This document shows positions 22,414 through 36,354 of a stretch of DNA of 64,000 nucleotides, piece after piece. Origin of the DNA: Mobula hypostoma (taxonomy: Eukaryota); contig NC_086097.1 of the NCBI RefSeq assembly GCF_963921235.1, positions 30,692,001 to 30,756,000 of the forward strand. Reading direction: 5' to 3'. Position 1 is the stretch's first letter. The number at the start of each line of letters is the position of its first letter. The notes below the pieces were generated by a model that saw nothing but the letters and a program-made list of their open reading frames with translations, made no database searches and was not told the DNA's origin. The position numbers and the translations under genes were made by a program.

Positions 22414-25397
22414 ATTTAGAGGAATATGGGCCAAGCACAGCAAATGGGACTATCTCAGGTTGGGGAGCTGGTCGGCATAGAGAAGTTGGGCTGAAGGACA
22501 TGTTTCCTTGTTGGGTGAACCTCCAAAATCACCACAGCCTCCTTTAGAAAACTCCCTGGTTAATTAAAGCAATGGACTGGCTTCTGACACTTATCTTTTT
22601 TCTCCCATTGTCTGGTTTGGAAAGGAGCAATGATCCAGGATCAGTTTTATTTGCCATATACATTTATATGTACTAGGAATTTGCTGTGACCACTGGATGA
22701 AGGACGCAAGTCAGCAATCACTCCCCACGGAATGACTGAGTTCGAGCTGTCGCTCTCCTCAATTCTGAGAAAGGATGCTTTTGAAATTCCAAGCCATATG
22801 TGATTATTGGTGTGGATTGTACTTTACGTTGATCTCCTTCAGTTTCTCTGTGCTTGTTGCCAATTGGTGGGTGGGTGATATGTTACTTATTTTGGATGAG
22901 GGAGGGGTATGGAATTTGGGGTCTGATGTTCTTTCTTGATGTATTCCATCTGAGCAAACTGTTAGATTTTTGTGTGTGAGAAAGGTTGGGGGTTGATGTT
23001 ATTGTCACTTTTTTGCATGGGAGGGGCTTGGGGTTTAGGGGTTTGATGTTTTAGCTGCCGTGTCTGTGTGGGCAGTCTTTAGTTTTGTATGAGGGAGAGG
23101 TTGGGGGGGGGCTTGGAGTTTGTGAGTTTTGTTTCTTTTTCTTTTTCGTGCAAGGGGTGGGGGTTGATATCGTTTCTTTTCAATGACTTTCATGGATTTT
23201 CTGTATTCCCTGACTATCTGGAGAAGACAAATCTCAGAGTTAGATTCTGCGTACATACTTTGATAATAAAATGAACCTTTGAACCTTAGGTCTGTTGGTC
23301 AGGGGCAATATGCAACAAAAAACAACAACATTCAACAGTTATAAAGAATAAAGAATTAATATATAAATTTAAAAACTAATGAAATCAGAGGTTAAAGGAT
23401 GGATATGGAATAAAATGTACATAAATAAATATCAGCATGTATATACAATGTAAATTAGGCTCAAAGTTCGAAGTAAATTTATATCAAAGTACATATATGT
23501 CACCATATACACCCCTGAGATTCATTTTCTTGCAGGCATTCACAGTAGAACAAAGAAATACAACAGAATTAATGCAAACAATGTACAATCAAAGGTTAAC
23601 AATCAATGTGCAAAAGAAGACAAACTGTGCAAATTGAACATAAATAAATAAATGCACAGAACATGAGTTGTAGAGTCTTTGAAAGTGAGTTCATAGGTTG
23701 TGGAATCAGTTCAGTCGAGTGAGTGAAGTTATCCATTCTGGTTCATTATGAACAAGTTGTTTAAAGTGTCTAAAGTGCAGTGACGGGGGTAATTGCACTG
23801 CACTTTAATCCCATGCTAAAGGAAAGATCCCACTCTGAATGGTTTCCCTGTAGTGGCTGCCACCTGTAGTATTAGGGAAGCCAGCCCTTGGGAGGGTATC
23901 AAACTGCAGTTTCGGGATAACCAGAGAGCAGCAGGTGTGAAAGTGTTCAGGTTCGGTGATAACATCGGGAGATAGTGTGCAGGCAAATGCTTACTGTTAA
24001 TGACAGCCCAGCCTTATCTCCGCGTACCAACTGTATGCAAATGTTGTCGTCCTTCTGTTGTTTGAACAGTATTAGGAGTCTCCACGATGCTCTTGGGGTT
24101 TGGGTGTATGTGTGAGATTGCAAAGGTGTGTGTGTGTGTGTGTCCAGCACCAACATAGTAACATAGTGTTCCTACAACTTACTAACTATACATCTTTGAT
24201 AAGTGATAAGTGATAGGTCTCACCTATCACCTGCCGGCTTGTACTACTTCTCCTCCCCCCACGACCTTATTCTGGCTCTGCCCCCTTCCTTTCCAGTCCT
24301 GAGGAAGGGTCTTGGCTCAAATCATCGACTATTTATTTTCCTCCATAGATGCTACCTGACTTGTTGAGTTCCTCCAGCATTTTGTGTTTGATACTCTGGA
24401 TTTCCAGTATCTGCAGAATCTCAGTCAAAGTAAATTTATTATCTAAATGCGTATATGTCAGCATACACTATGTTGAGATTCATTTTCTTGGAGGCATTTA
24501 CAGGAAAATTAGCAAATACAATAGAATTTATGAAAAGCTCTACATAAACAAAGACTGACAAACAACCAATGTTCAAAATAAAGCATTGCGCACAAATAAA
24601 ATAAATTTAAAAAAATAAAGAACATGAATTGAAAGGAGTCCTTGAAAGGCAGTCTTCTAGGTTGTGGGATCTGTTCAGGGTTGTGGTGAGTGAAGTTAAT
24701 CCACACTGGTTCAGGAGTCTGATGGTTTAGTGTAATGACTGCTCTTGAGCCTGCTGGTGTGGGACCCAGTGCTTTTGTACCCATGCCCAACGGCCATACT
24801 GAGAAGAGAGCATGGCATGGTGGGGTTCTTTGATGATGGATGCTGCTTTCTTTTGGCAGTACTCCATGTAAGTGTGCTCAATGGTGCGGAGAGCTTTGCA
24901 TGCAATGGATCTCATCACTAATCTCATTTGCCTGCATGAGGTCCATATCCTTCCAGCTCCTCCCTATTCAAAGGTCTGTCTAAACGTCTCTTCAATCAAG
25001 AGATAGTACTTATTCCACCATGTGGCAGCACATAACTTGCAAGTTGAGTCAGTAGTAAGGAAGGCAAATGCGATGTAGCAGTAAATTGAGGACCAGAATA
25101 TAAAAGCTTGGTGGTCAACTCACCTGAACACTGAACTAACTCCACAACCTACAGACTCACTTTCAAGCAGGACACTTCAATTCATGTTCTCAATATTATT
25201 TATCAATCTATTTTTCTCTCTATTTACACTGTTTGTCTTCTTTTACACATTGGTTGTTCATCATTCTTTCTGTCTGTATAGTTTTTATAAAATCTATTGT
25301 ATTTCTTTACTTTCCTGTAAATGCCTCCAAAAATGAATCTCAAGGTAGTCTATGGTGACATATATATACTTTGATAATAAATGTATTTTAAACTTTG

Positions 25398-26412
25398 AAA
25401 AGCAAGGATGTAATGCTGAGGCTTTATAAGGCATTGGTCAGACCACACTTGGAGTATTGTGAGCAGTTTTTGACCCCTTATCTAACAATGGATGTGCTGG
25501 CATTGGAGAGGGTCCAGACGAGGGTCACAAGAATGACCCCAGGAAGGAAAGGGTTAACATATAAGAGTGTTTGATGCCTATAGAAACATAGAAATATAGA
25601 AAATAGGTGCAGGAATAGGCCATTCGGCCCTTCGAGCCTGCACCGCCATTCAGTATGATCATGGCTGATCATCCAACTCAAAACCCTGTACCTACCTTCC
25701 CTCCATACCCCCGATTCCTTTAGCCACAAGGGCCATATCTAACTCCCTCTTAAATATAGCCAATGAACTGGCCTCAACTGTTTCCTGTGGCAGAGAATTC
25801 CACAGATTCACCACTCTCTGTGTGAAGAAGTTTTTCCTAATCTCGGTCCTAAAAGGCTTCCCCTTTATCCTTAAACTGTGACCCCTCGTTCCGGACTTCC
25901 CCAACATCAGGAACAATCTCCCTGCATCTAGCCTGTCCAATCCCTTTAGAATTTCATACGTTTCAATAAGATCCCCCCTCAATGGGCCTGCAGTTAGTGG
26001 AGTTTAGAAGAATGAGGGGGGATCTCATTGAAATTTATTGAATATTGAAAGGCCTAGACAGAGTGGACCTGGAGAAGATGTTTCCACAAGTGGGAGAGTC
26101 AGGTTCAGAGGGCACATTCTCAGAATACAAGGATGTCCATTTAGAACAGAGATGAGGAGGAACTTCTTTAGATGGAGGGTAGTGAATCTGTGGAATTCAT
26201 TGCCAGAGACTGCTGTGGAGGCCAAGTCATTGGGTATATTTAAAATGGAGGTTCTTGATTTTTAGTTTCTTGATTAGTAGGGAGCCAAAGCTTACAAGGG
26301 AAAGGCAAGAGAATGAGGTTGAGAGGAGTAATAAATCAGCTATGATGAAATGGCAGAGCAGACTCAGTGAGCTGAATGGCTTAATTCTGCTCCTAGGTCT
26401 TAATGGTTTTAT
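25398..26412. mobile_element. CR1 3' fragment (+) with a younger CR1 3' fragment (-, about 25578-25982) nested inside
   Basis: The inner copy reads RGDLIETYEILKGLDRLDAGRLF...RKNFFTQRVVNLWNSLP; the outer copy reads RRNFFRWRVVNLWNSLP. Confidence 0.8.
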
Positions 26413-27649
26413 AGTTTTATTACAGATATTGACCACTCTCTGCGTGAGGAACCTCTCCCCTCAGATTCCCTTTAACCCTCCTGCATCTCTCTTTACACCA
26501 GAGTCCTCTTCACTTGGATTACATGTCTGCAGATAGGGTGTGAACGACATCAATTGGAAGCAGTAATTATTTTCCTTAAGTGATTGCCAGGTAATTCCGT
26601 AAACAATCTGAAACAGCCGGAGCATTTCCGATCCCCACCCTGTGCTAATTAAGCTTTGATACAGATAGACATTAAAACTCTTTGTTTACATTTTTGGGGG
26701 GGGCGCGAACATTTCCTCGCTTCAAAGCTACCGATGGATGCCATCCTGTTCATTCCACTAGCTTCCATATCATTAGCTTCCTGCCCCGGGCTCCTCTACA
26801 TGTGTTTGTCGCATGTAAATTTTTCCCACTGCTCCATTACAACCCAACCTGTAATTGACTCCTGTACATCTGTGTCTTCTAATCAGTAAATCTCTGCAGA
26901 TACCATGATATTAGGAGATGCCGTTGACGGTGAAGAACTTGCACGTTGATTACAGGGGGGATCTTGATCAGTTAAGAGAAGTGGGCTGAGAAGTGGCAAA
27001 TAGATTTCAATACAGATACATTTTTACAAGCATCTGGAAATCATAGTCTGATTAGGGATAGTCAACGTGGCTTTGCGAGGGGCCTCACAAGCCTGATTGA
27101 ATTCTTTGAGGAAGCACGTTGATGAAGGTAGCGCAGTGGATGCAGTGCATATAGATTCTATAAAGCACTTAACAAAGTTCCCATGGTAGGCTCATTTAGA
27201 AAGACAGGAGGCATGGGATTCAGGAAAACTCACCTGTGTGCATACAGAACTGGCTTCCCCATAGAAGGCAGATAGAGTGTATTCTTCCTGGAGGGTCAGT
27301 GACTGGAGGTGTTCCACATAGATCTGTTCTGGGACCCCTGTTTTTTGTGATGCTTATGAATGACTTGGATCAGGAAGTGGAAGGGTGGGTTAGTAAATTT
27401 GGTAGATGACATGAAGGTTGGTGTTGCCTGGATTGGAGACTCTTAGATAGGCACATAGATGAAAGAATAATGGAAAGCTATGTGGGAGGGAAGTTTTAGA
27501 TTGCTCTTGGAGTAGGTTAAAGAGTTGATCCCCTCTGTAATCAACATGGGCTGTATTGTTCTAAGTTCTATATTCCATAATTCTGAAGTTGAACCAATGT
27601 CCTCTAGTTTTGGATTCCCCTACCCTGGGAAAAAAGACCTTATCTATGC

Positions 27650-30600
27650 AACTCCCAAGATTATCTTCCAAGATGGCACCATGTATGACGGCCATGTTGT
27701 GTGCTCCGTTCCAAATCTACAGTATACTACTAATTTCTACGATTTTCTTAGCATTTTCTGTTCAAGTAGCTGACAGTCACATCAGATATGATAGACTGAC
27801 CCTTCTGAACATCAGAAAGATGGCATTTATCCATTATGTGCTGCCTTTCCTACACTGGGATCCCCTGCTTGCGTAATCCATAGGAGGCTCACCTCTTACA
27901 CCCTCATTACCTTGGAAGAAGCGATGGAGGTGAGGGAGAAGGGCCGGCGTCCTGGTGAGGCTGAGATAGTGTGCAAATGGGCCACTACTCACTTGCATAC
28001 TCCTGGCTAATGTTCAGTCCCTGGATAACAAGCTTTGTGAACTGAGAGCCAGAATCTTCTATCAGCAGGAAATGCAACGTTTTGTGCTTTGTGGAGACCT
28101 GGCTGATGGATGAGATACCGAATCATGCCATCAAGCCCTCTGGGTTCTCCCTGTTCCGGGCAGGCAGGTCAGAAAGAAAGCCTCACTGGGAAGAGTAAAG
28201 GAGGAGGAGTACGCTTCATGGTCAACAATGCTTGGTGAGACCCTCAGAATGTGCATGCTCTCAAATCTTCTTGTTCCCCAGACCTGAAATACCTGGTGCT
28301 GCTGTGCAGACCTTACTGGCTGCCTAGGGAGTTCACAGCTGTTATCATCGCAGCGGTGTATATTCTGCTGCAGGCTGGTACTGACCTGGCTCTCAAGGAA
28401 CTGTACGAGACCATCAACACGCTGGAGACTGCACACCCAGAGGCTGCCTTCATCGTCACCGGTGACTTTAATCGAGCGCTGCTGACAAAAGTCTCTCCGA
28501 AGTTTTGTCAGCACATCCAGGTGAACACTCATGGAGATGACACACTTGACCACTGTTACACTCCCTTCTGCAACACTTACAAAGCTCTCCTTCGCCCAGT
28601 TTTTGGAAAATCAAATCATTCTTCGAACCTGCTTTTGCTGAGGTACAGGCAGGAGCTGAAACAAGAGGCGGGCATAGTTAAAACCATCCACTGTTGGTCT
28701 GACCAATCGGCCTCCATGCTGCAGGACTGCTTCGATAAAGTCGACTGGAATGTCTTCCATGATGAGAATGTCTCCGAGTTCACTGATGGAGTCACGTGCT
28801 TCGTCCAGAAGTGCATCGACGATGTTGTCCCCCAGAAGTTGGTCAGGGTCTTCCCGAACCAGAAACCCTGGATCAATAGTTCTGTGCGACCCAGCACTTA
28901 CAGCACGACATCGAACTTACATCGCTGGAGCTCAACAAGAGCTCAAGAAAAGTAGCTATGATCTGCACAAAGCTATCAAGGCTGCAAAACAACAATACAG
29001 GGACAAGACTGAGTCAAGATTCACAACGAATAGCACACGTGACTTGTGGCGAGGGCTGCATACCATCGCAGACTTCAAAGCCAAACGTTGTGGTGCTGCC
29101 AACATCATGGCCTCTCTCCCAGATGAGCTCAATTGCTTTTACGCTCGGTTCGATGTCGCTAACTCTCAGCCTCCGAGGAAAGCCATCACTACAACCTGCA
29201 ACCTGGTCATCTCTGAGGCTGAGGTACGCAGATGTTTCCAACGAGTGGACAGTCACAAGACTGTGGGACTGGACGGCATCCCAGGGCGAGTACTCAGGAT
29301 GTGCGCAGCACAACCGGCAAGTGTGTTTACTCACATTTTTAATCTCTCCCTCTCCCAGTGTAAAGTGCCCTCCTGCTTCAAATTATCCACCATCTTCCCA
29401 ATACCAAAAAAGACCAAGGTAACATGCCTGAACAACCGCCATCCTGTCACACTCACCTCAATAATAAGCAAATGCTTTGAGAGGCTGGTCAAGGATTACA
29501 CCTGCAGCTTGTTACCACCCACACTGGACCCCCTACAATTCGCCTACCAACACAACTGATCGACAGACGACGTGATAGCCACTGCTTTACCTACCATCCT
29601 TACACATCTGGAGAAGAAGGATGCTTATGTGAGAATGCTGTTCGTGGACTACAGTTCAGCATTCAACACAACAGTTCCATCCAGGCTTAACAAGATGCTC
29701 AGAGACCTTGGCCTTGACCCTGCCTTGTGCAACTGGATCCTGGACTTCCTGTCAGATCGCCAGCAAGTGGTAAGAGTGGGCTCCCTCACCTCGACGCCCT
29801 CTGACTCTCAATACAAGAGCCCCTCAGGGCTATGTACTGAGTCCCCTCCTTTACTCCCTTCATACCCATGACTGTATCACCACCCACAGCTCCAATCTAC
29901 TAATAAATTTGCCAACAACACTATATTGATTAGCCTAATCTCAAACAATAACGAGGTGGCCGACAGGGAAGAAGTCATCTCTCTGACACAGTGGTGTCAA
30001 GGGAACAACCTCTCCCTCAATGTCGCAAAAACAAAGGAGCTGGTTGCGGATTACAGCAGGAATGGAGATGGGCTAACCCCTGTTGACATCAATGGATCTG
30101 GGGTTGAGAGGGTAAACAGCTTTAACTTCTTCGGTATCCACATCAGCGAGGACCTCATATGGTCTGTTCACACCAGCTGTGGGGTGAAAAAAGCACAACA
30201 GTACCTCTTTCACCTCAGACGGTTGAGGAAGTTTGGTATGGGCCCCCAAATCATAAGAACTTTCTACAGGGACACAACTGAGAGTATCCTGACTGGCTGC
30301 ATCACTGCCTGGTATGGGAACTGTACCTCCCTTAATCACCGGACTCTGCAGAGTGGTGCAAACAGCCCAGCGTATCTGTAGTTGTGCACTTCCCATGATT
30401 CAGGACACTTTCGAGAACAGATGTGTAAAAAAGGCCTGTAGGATCATTGAGGACCTGTGTCACCCCATCCACAATCTACTCCAGCTGCTACCATCTGGGA
30501 AATGGTACCACAGCAAAAAGTCAGGACCAACAGGCTCTGGGACAGCTTCTTCCACCAGGCCATCAGACTGATAACTCATGCTGATTTGTGACTGCTCTAT

Positions 30601-30723
30601 TTATTATAAATTACTATAAATTACTATGATTGCACATTGCACGTTTAGACAGAGACGTAACGTAAAGATTTTTACTCCTCATGTATGTGAAGGATGTAAG
30701 AAATAAAGTCAATTCAATTCAAT
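27650..30723 (+). mobile_element. Near full-length but disrupted Rex1/Babar-clade LINE (APE endonuclease plus RT)
   Basis: 5' caagatggc; motifs [52 protein letters not shown] and ESILTGCITAWYG; aataaagtcaattcaattcaat tail; several stops and frameshifts. Confidence 0.88.
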
Positions 30724-33700
30724 CCATGAGTTTATAACCCTTGGTACAGTCTCCTTCGCTCCAGGGAAAACAGTCCCAGTCTCTCCTTATAACTCAAGCC
30801 CTCCAGGACCCATGCATTGGTATAGGAATGAAATGGATTTGTCTGGATTGTGGAAGGTACTGACATTATGAGCCATGGAGGTGGGTAGAGAACTCGTGGC
30901 TGTGACCCCTCCATCACCAAAGTTTCTAGATGACTGCCTGGTCCTGTGTGGACTTTAAGAGAGATGGTTGGCAGGTATCACCTCGCACAACCACCAGACA
31001 GGTGGAAGGCATGCTCTCGTGATTACACACCTTTCCCGTCACTTGGGCAGACCAGGGGTGACCAGCCAGCCTGAGACAACTGGGAGTCAAAATGGGACCC
31101 TTCTCGCTCGCCTTGCTTGTTTCTCTACACCCCAGCCCCAGTGGGAACATCAGCACCCTCATGGCCAACTTCCACATCGCCATCCCTTTCACCATGTCCT
31201 TCCCGCCTTCCTTCCTTTGCCTTCTATTGCATGCAGTTCTGGTTGCCCAATTACAGAAAGGATGTAAAGGTTTTGGAAAGGGTGCAGAAGAGATTCTCCA
31301 GGATGCAGCCTGGATTAGAGGGTGTGAGCTATAGGGAGAGGTTGGGAATACTTGAGTTAGAATCATAGCGCACTACAGAAACAGGCCCATTGGCCCATCT
31401 AGTCCATGCTGAACTATTGTTCTGCCAAGTCTCATGAATCCACGCGAGAAATTTGCCAGAATTTTTTTGTGACATACCAAACCTTCTCAATCTCCTGTTG
31501 AAGTCAAGCTGCCAGAGTGCCTTCTTTGTGATTATATCAATGTACAGGGCCCAGGCAAGATCCCCTCAGACGTTGACAGCCAGGAACTTGAAACTGTTCT
31601 GGGTCCAACCAAGAGTGCAACTGTTCGTCTTTTACGATCACAAGACACTGCTGGCTATTAAGAGCATCGTGTACTGCAATACTTCTAAAAAAAACAGGTC
31701 TACACCATCAGCATGTTGCTCAATATCAATAGATGTGGACTTATTATGTATCGTGTTATGTTGTGTTGTGTTGTACTGTAGCATACCATTGTGCTGAGGC
31801 ATTGCGTGATCCAACAAATGGAGTAAGTGATTGTCTTGGATGTTCTTCTTGTGATCCAAGACCCTGTTGGACATTGGTAATGTAGTATATTGCAAGACCT
31901 GTTCACTGGTTCATTGGTGATACTGGCAGTGGGAGTGGGAGGGGGGACTGCATTTCTTCAGTTGTGGCACAGACTAGACCCTCCTGCTGCAGGGTCGTCT
32001 GTTAGAGCCGCACAGGAGAGGAGATGGCTAGGTGGTTTGAGAGAGAGCAGAGGCCTCTGTGAGTGCATTGAAATTTGTACTGGGTTGAGATCTGGCCCAT
32101 CCCATGTGCTGCCCTCCAGCGTTTACTCAGAGCTGCTCTCCCGTGTCTGCTCAGTGCTGCCCCGTGTTCACTTGGTGGAACAACAAGCTGGACCAGAATA
32201 ACATCCCATGTGCCATCGATCTACAGGCCATGCCACTCAGGGACTTGGGCAATTTTTTTGTGTGTGACTGTATGTTTTTTACTATCGTGACCATATGTGC
32301 TATGCGTTATGCGCTGTGTGCTGTTGGTAACGTGTTTTGCACCTTGGCCCCAGAGGAACGCTGTTTCATTTGGCTATATTCATGTATGTTTGAATGATAA
32401 TTCAATTTGAACTTGAACTTTCCACCGCTGACCCTTTAATGAGAACTGGTGTGTGTTCTCTAGAGCAGAGAAGGCTGAAGGGAGACCTGATAGATAAGAT
32501 TATGAGAAGTATGTAGGGCATAAACAGTCAGAGTCGTTTCCCCAGGGTAGAAATGTCACTAGAGGGTGTAGGTGTAAGGTGAGGGGGAATTTTTTCACAC
32601 AGAGAGTCGTGGGCGCCTGGAATGTGCTGCCGTGGGTGGTGGTGGAAGTAGATACAATAGAGATGGTTAAGAGGCAGTTACATTGCCTCATGAACAGGCA
32701 GGGAATGTCCTGATAGGATGTCAAACTGGGTTGGTGGGGACCAGTAATTAAGGTCCTTGGTCTGTGTAATATGTTGTTAATGGTAAGGCTGTGGGACCCA
32801 GCAGGCTAGGCTATAGATAAAGAAAAGTGAGACAGCAAATATAAAGCAGAAAATGGTGGATTGTGGACTGGGAAGGGGAAGCTGGGAGAACACGTACCAG
32901 TCCTCATCGAGAGGTCAGCAGTGGAAAGGGTGAGCAGCTTCAAGTTCCTGGGCATCAACGTCTCAGAGGATCTGTCCTGGACCCAACACATTGATGCAAT
33001 CACAAAGAATGCACGCCAGCAGCTCTGCTTCACTGAGGAGATTTGGTAAGTCACCAAAGACTCTTGCAAATTTCTACAGATATACACTGGACTGCGTTCT
33101 ATCTTTGAAGACCTGACTCCCAGGATAACATACAACTGAAAAACAGGAAAATGTGAACAAGGCCAATGTATTCAGCCAAGTAAATGAGGTGAATCTATTT
33201 GTACTGATTAGATTTCAGGGTACTGACTTGTTTTCAGTGTCATAATCTACTAGTTTATTTTCCAGTGAAACTTGAAACGAGATGACCAAATACATAGCCT
33301 ATAAATATAATTCATCAGACTGAGAGTGCAGTGGGACAGGAGCCAGCTGACAAGGGATGAGCTGATACAATTGTCATTGGTGGAGGCTGGAAAGGTCAAC
33401 AACCTCCCATATTCCTTGTGCAACCTTTGACACCTTCAGTATCGATTGGTAAATTGGTATATTGTTTTGTTATTTTTGAATGAGCCAAGGAGTGTGAAAA
33501 ACTTGTTTTGCCTACAGTCTGTACAGACCATTTCATTACATAGCACATTGAGGTAGTACAAGGGAAAACAATAGCAGAATGCAGAATGAAGTGTAACAGT
33601 TACAGAGAAAGTGCAGTGGAGGAGACAATAAGGTGCAAGGCCATGATGAGGTAGATTGTAAAGTCACAAGCCCATCTTATTTTACTGAGAACTGTTCAAG

Positions 33701-35214
33701 AGTCTGATTACAGTGGGATAGAAGCAGTCCTTGAGCCTGATGGTACATACTTTCAGGCTTTTGTATCTTCTGCCCAATGGAAGAGGAAAGAAGAGAGAAT
33801 GTCTAGGGTGAGTGGGGTCTCCGATTATGCTGGCTGCTTTACTGAGTCAGTGAGAAGTGTAGACAGAGTCCATGGACGGGAGGCTGCTTTCCACAACTGC
33901 TGAGCTGCGTCCACGACTCTCTGTAGTTTCTTATTGTCAAGGGCAGAGCAGTTGTCCTACCAAGCCATGATGCAACTGCACAGGATGCTTTTTACAGTTC
34001 ATTGAATCCTTTGTTAGTGTACACTCAACATGGAAGCCAGCCTCTCCCTCCATGGACTCTTCCTGTAATTATCGCTGCCTCAGCAAAGCACCCAACATAA
34101 TCATAGACTTCACTCACCCCAGATATTTGCCCTTCTCCCCTCTCCCATTGGGCAGAAAGCATGAGCCACCATGTTCAAGGACAGCTTCTATCTCACTGTT
34201 ATGGGAGTATTGAACGGTCCCCTAGTATGGTAAGATGGATTCTTGACCTCACGATCTACCTCATCATGATCTTGTACCTTATTGTCTGCCTGCTCTGCAC
34301 TTTCTCTGTAGCTCTACCACTTTATTCTGCATTCTTGTTCTATCTCAATATACTGTGTAATGAATTGATCTATGTGAACAGTATGCAAGACAAGCTTTTC
34401 ACTGTATCCCGGTACATGTGACAATAAGTCAATTCCAACTTTGTTTTATTCTGTTTTTACTTTATTGATACCTTGGTCCCCCTTTGCTGAACTCTAAAAC
34501 ACTCCCTATCCTCATTGCTTTATCTGGCAACTTTTGTTTCATATTTACAGGCATACTATCTGTATTTTCTCCTGTATCCCAGCGTAGACATTTCCTGTTT
34601 TGTCTGTGTGCCCAAGAGGAACGTACGTTAGTTGCAAATCATTAATGGCTGCTCTCGTATCCTTTAATGCTTCCCAGATCGCTCCAGCCAACCTGCCCCT
34701 GATATCTTCATGGCTTGCTTTGTGTTATCCCAAGTGTCTTGAGATCATGTCCTTTATTATAGATTTCAGCTTTCGCTCCACTAAAATCTGCAGACTGAGG
34801 ACCTTAGTTTCTGATACCGTAGCACTTCTGAGCTTAATGTAACATCCTGTTGTAATATGGCCACTGCCTCCTTTATAAGACATTATTATTTGAACCTTTC
34901 TTATTGCTCACTACCACTTAGCCACTTCCCCGACATATTGATCCAGAAATCCATCTGGCATACATCCCAGGGGCCCTCCTCAATACTGTGAGCACTATTT
35001 TGACTTGCCTGGGCTCTGTATAGAATAACGTTCACATTTACCCAAGCTACATACTCATCTAATTTTATTATTTATACCAGATCCCACATCGCAACCACTA
35101 CTAGCAGCTGTGCACAGCTCCCGTCAACACATGTCGGTCTAGCTCCTGACATCATCAATGTGTGGATCATGATTATGATCATGTTGATCATAAAAAAAAC
35201 ATCATCTACATAAT

Positions 35215-35605
35215 CATGTTGGTCCATCTGGTGACATCAATGGCTGCTGTTGATCCAGTTGGTAACATCACCACTTCTTGCTGGTACAACTGGAGACTTT
35301 ACAGTCCCCTACTCATTCTGCTGGTGATATCACTGCCCCCTGCTGGACCAGTTGGTGAAATCACCACCCCTGCTGTTCTGCTGGTGACATCACAGCTCCC
35401 TGCTGGTCCTGCTTATAACATCACTATTTCCCACTGGTTCATCTGGTAACATCATTACTTCCTGCTGGTCCAGCTAGTGACTTCAAACTCCCTGCTCATC
35501 CTGCTGGTAGCATCACTGCTTTCTGCTGGCCCAGTTGGTGACTTTACCACTCTCTTAATAGTCCAGCTGGTGACTTCACTATCCCCTGCTGGTCCTGCTG
35601 GTGAG
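35215..35605. repeat. Degenerate ~31-bp minisatellite, about 12 units
   Basis: Consensus approximately cctgctggtccagctggtgacatcaccactc. Confidence 0.8.
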
Positions 35606-36354
35606 CCACAGCACTTTCCCACTCCTGGAGAGCACCCATGGCCGTTTTTGGTAACAAGCCTTGGCTTTGAGGCAGAGAAGAGGGGAGTGGGAAACGGTGA
35701 ACATTATGGAACAGTGTGTGGGGTAAGCAGGGGCACCTATTACCAGTTCCTGGTGTTGCGGTGGAGAGTGGAGTGTCGTGTTCATGATCAGGTAACACAC
35801 CTCCTAACCCATCCCTTAAATCCTCCATCTTCTCACAATCCCAGACTGAAAGAGTTGCCTCTCTCCCTTCCCTCCCTTCCACTCTCTCCCACCCTCCCAC
35901 GTACCCCCTTCCCTCCACTACTTCCTTCTCTCCTCTCCCTCCCTAACTTCTCTCTCTCCCTCCTCCTCCTTCTCTCCCTCCCAACGTCTACACACCCACA
36001 TCTTCCCAGATGGTTTTCAGGAATTGTCTTCATGATTTTAATCTTTGAGTCTTCTGCCAGGATCGTGCTTTTCAGACTCTGTTGAAACAGGTTGTTGTAC
36101 AAGAAACTTTGATGTGTTGCAGAGAGTGGATATGTGCGTCGGATGTGTCAGGCAGCCCCGGGGCAGTGAAGTGACGAGGCACCAGTCAACACTCTCTTTC
36201 CTTCAGCAGCTGGCTGACCAGCCTGGGATGGAGGGGTCGAGGCCTTCTCTGCTGCCTGCCACTGACCTGGCAAATGCCAGTGGTGGGTGGGCAGACAGAA
36301 TGCAGGTTCTGCAGGAGAGGGTGTGGACCAGTGCGCGTTACAGGCAGAATGAAT

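Noticed and set aside
28251..30571. Cluster of long plus-strand ORFs as an operon or active element
   Set aside because: They are frameshifted pieces of one Rex1-like LINE ORF.
30830..31230. Possible additional structured RNA in a unique-looking block
   Set aside because: No complete ribozyme pairing scheme or clear boundaries could be found by eye.
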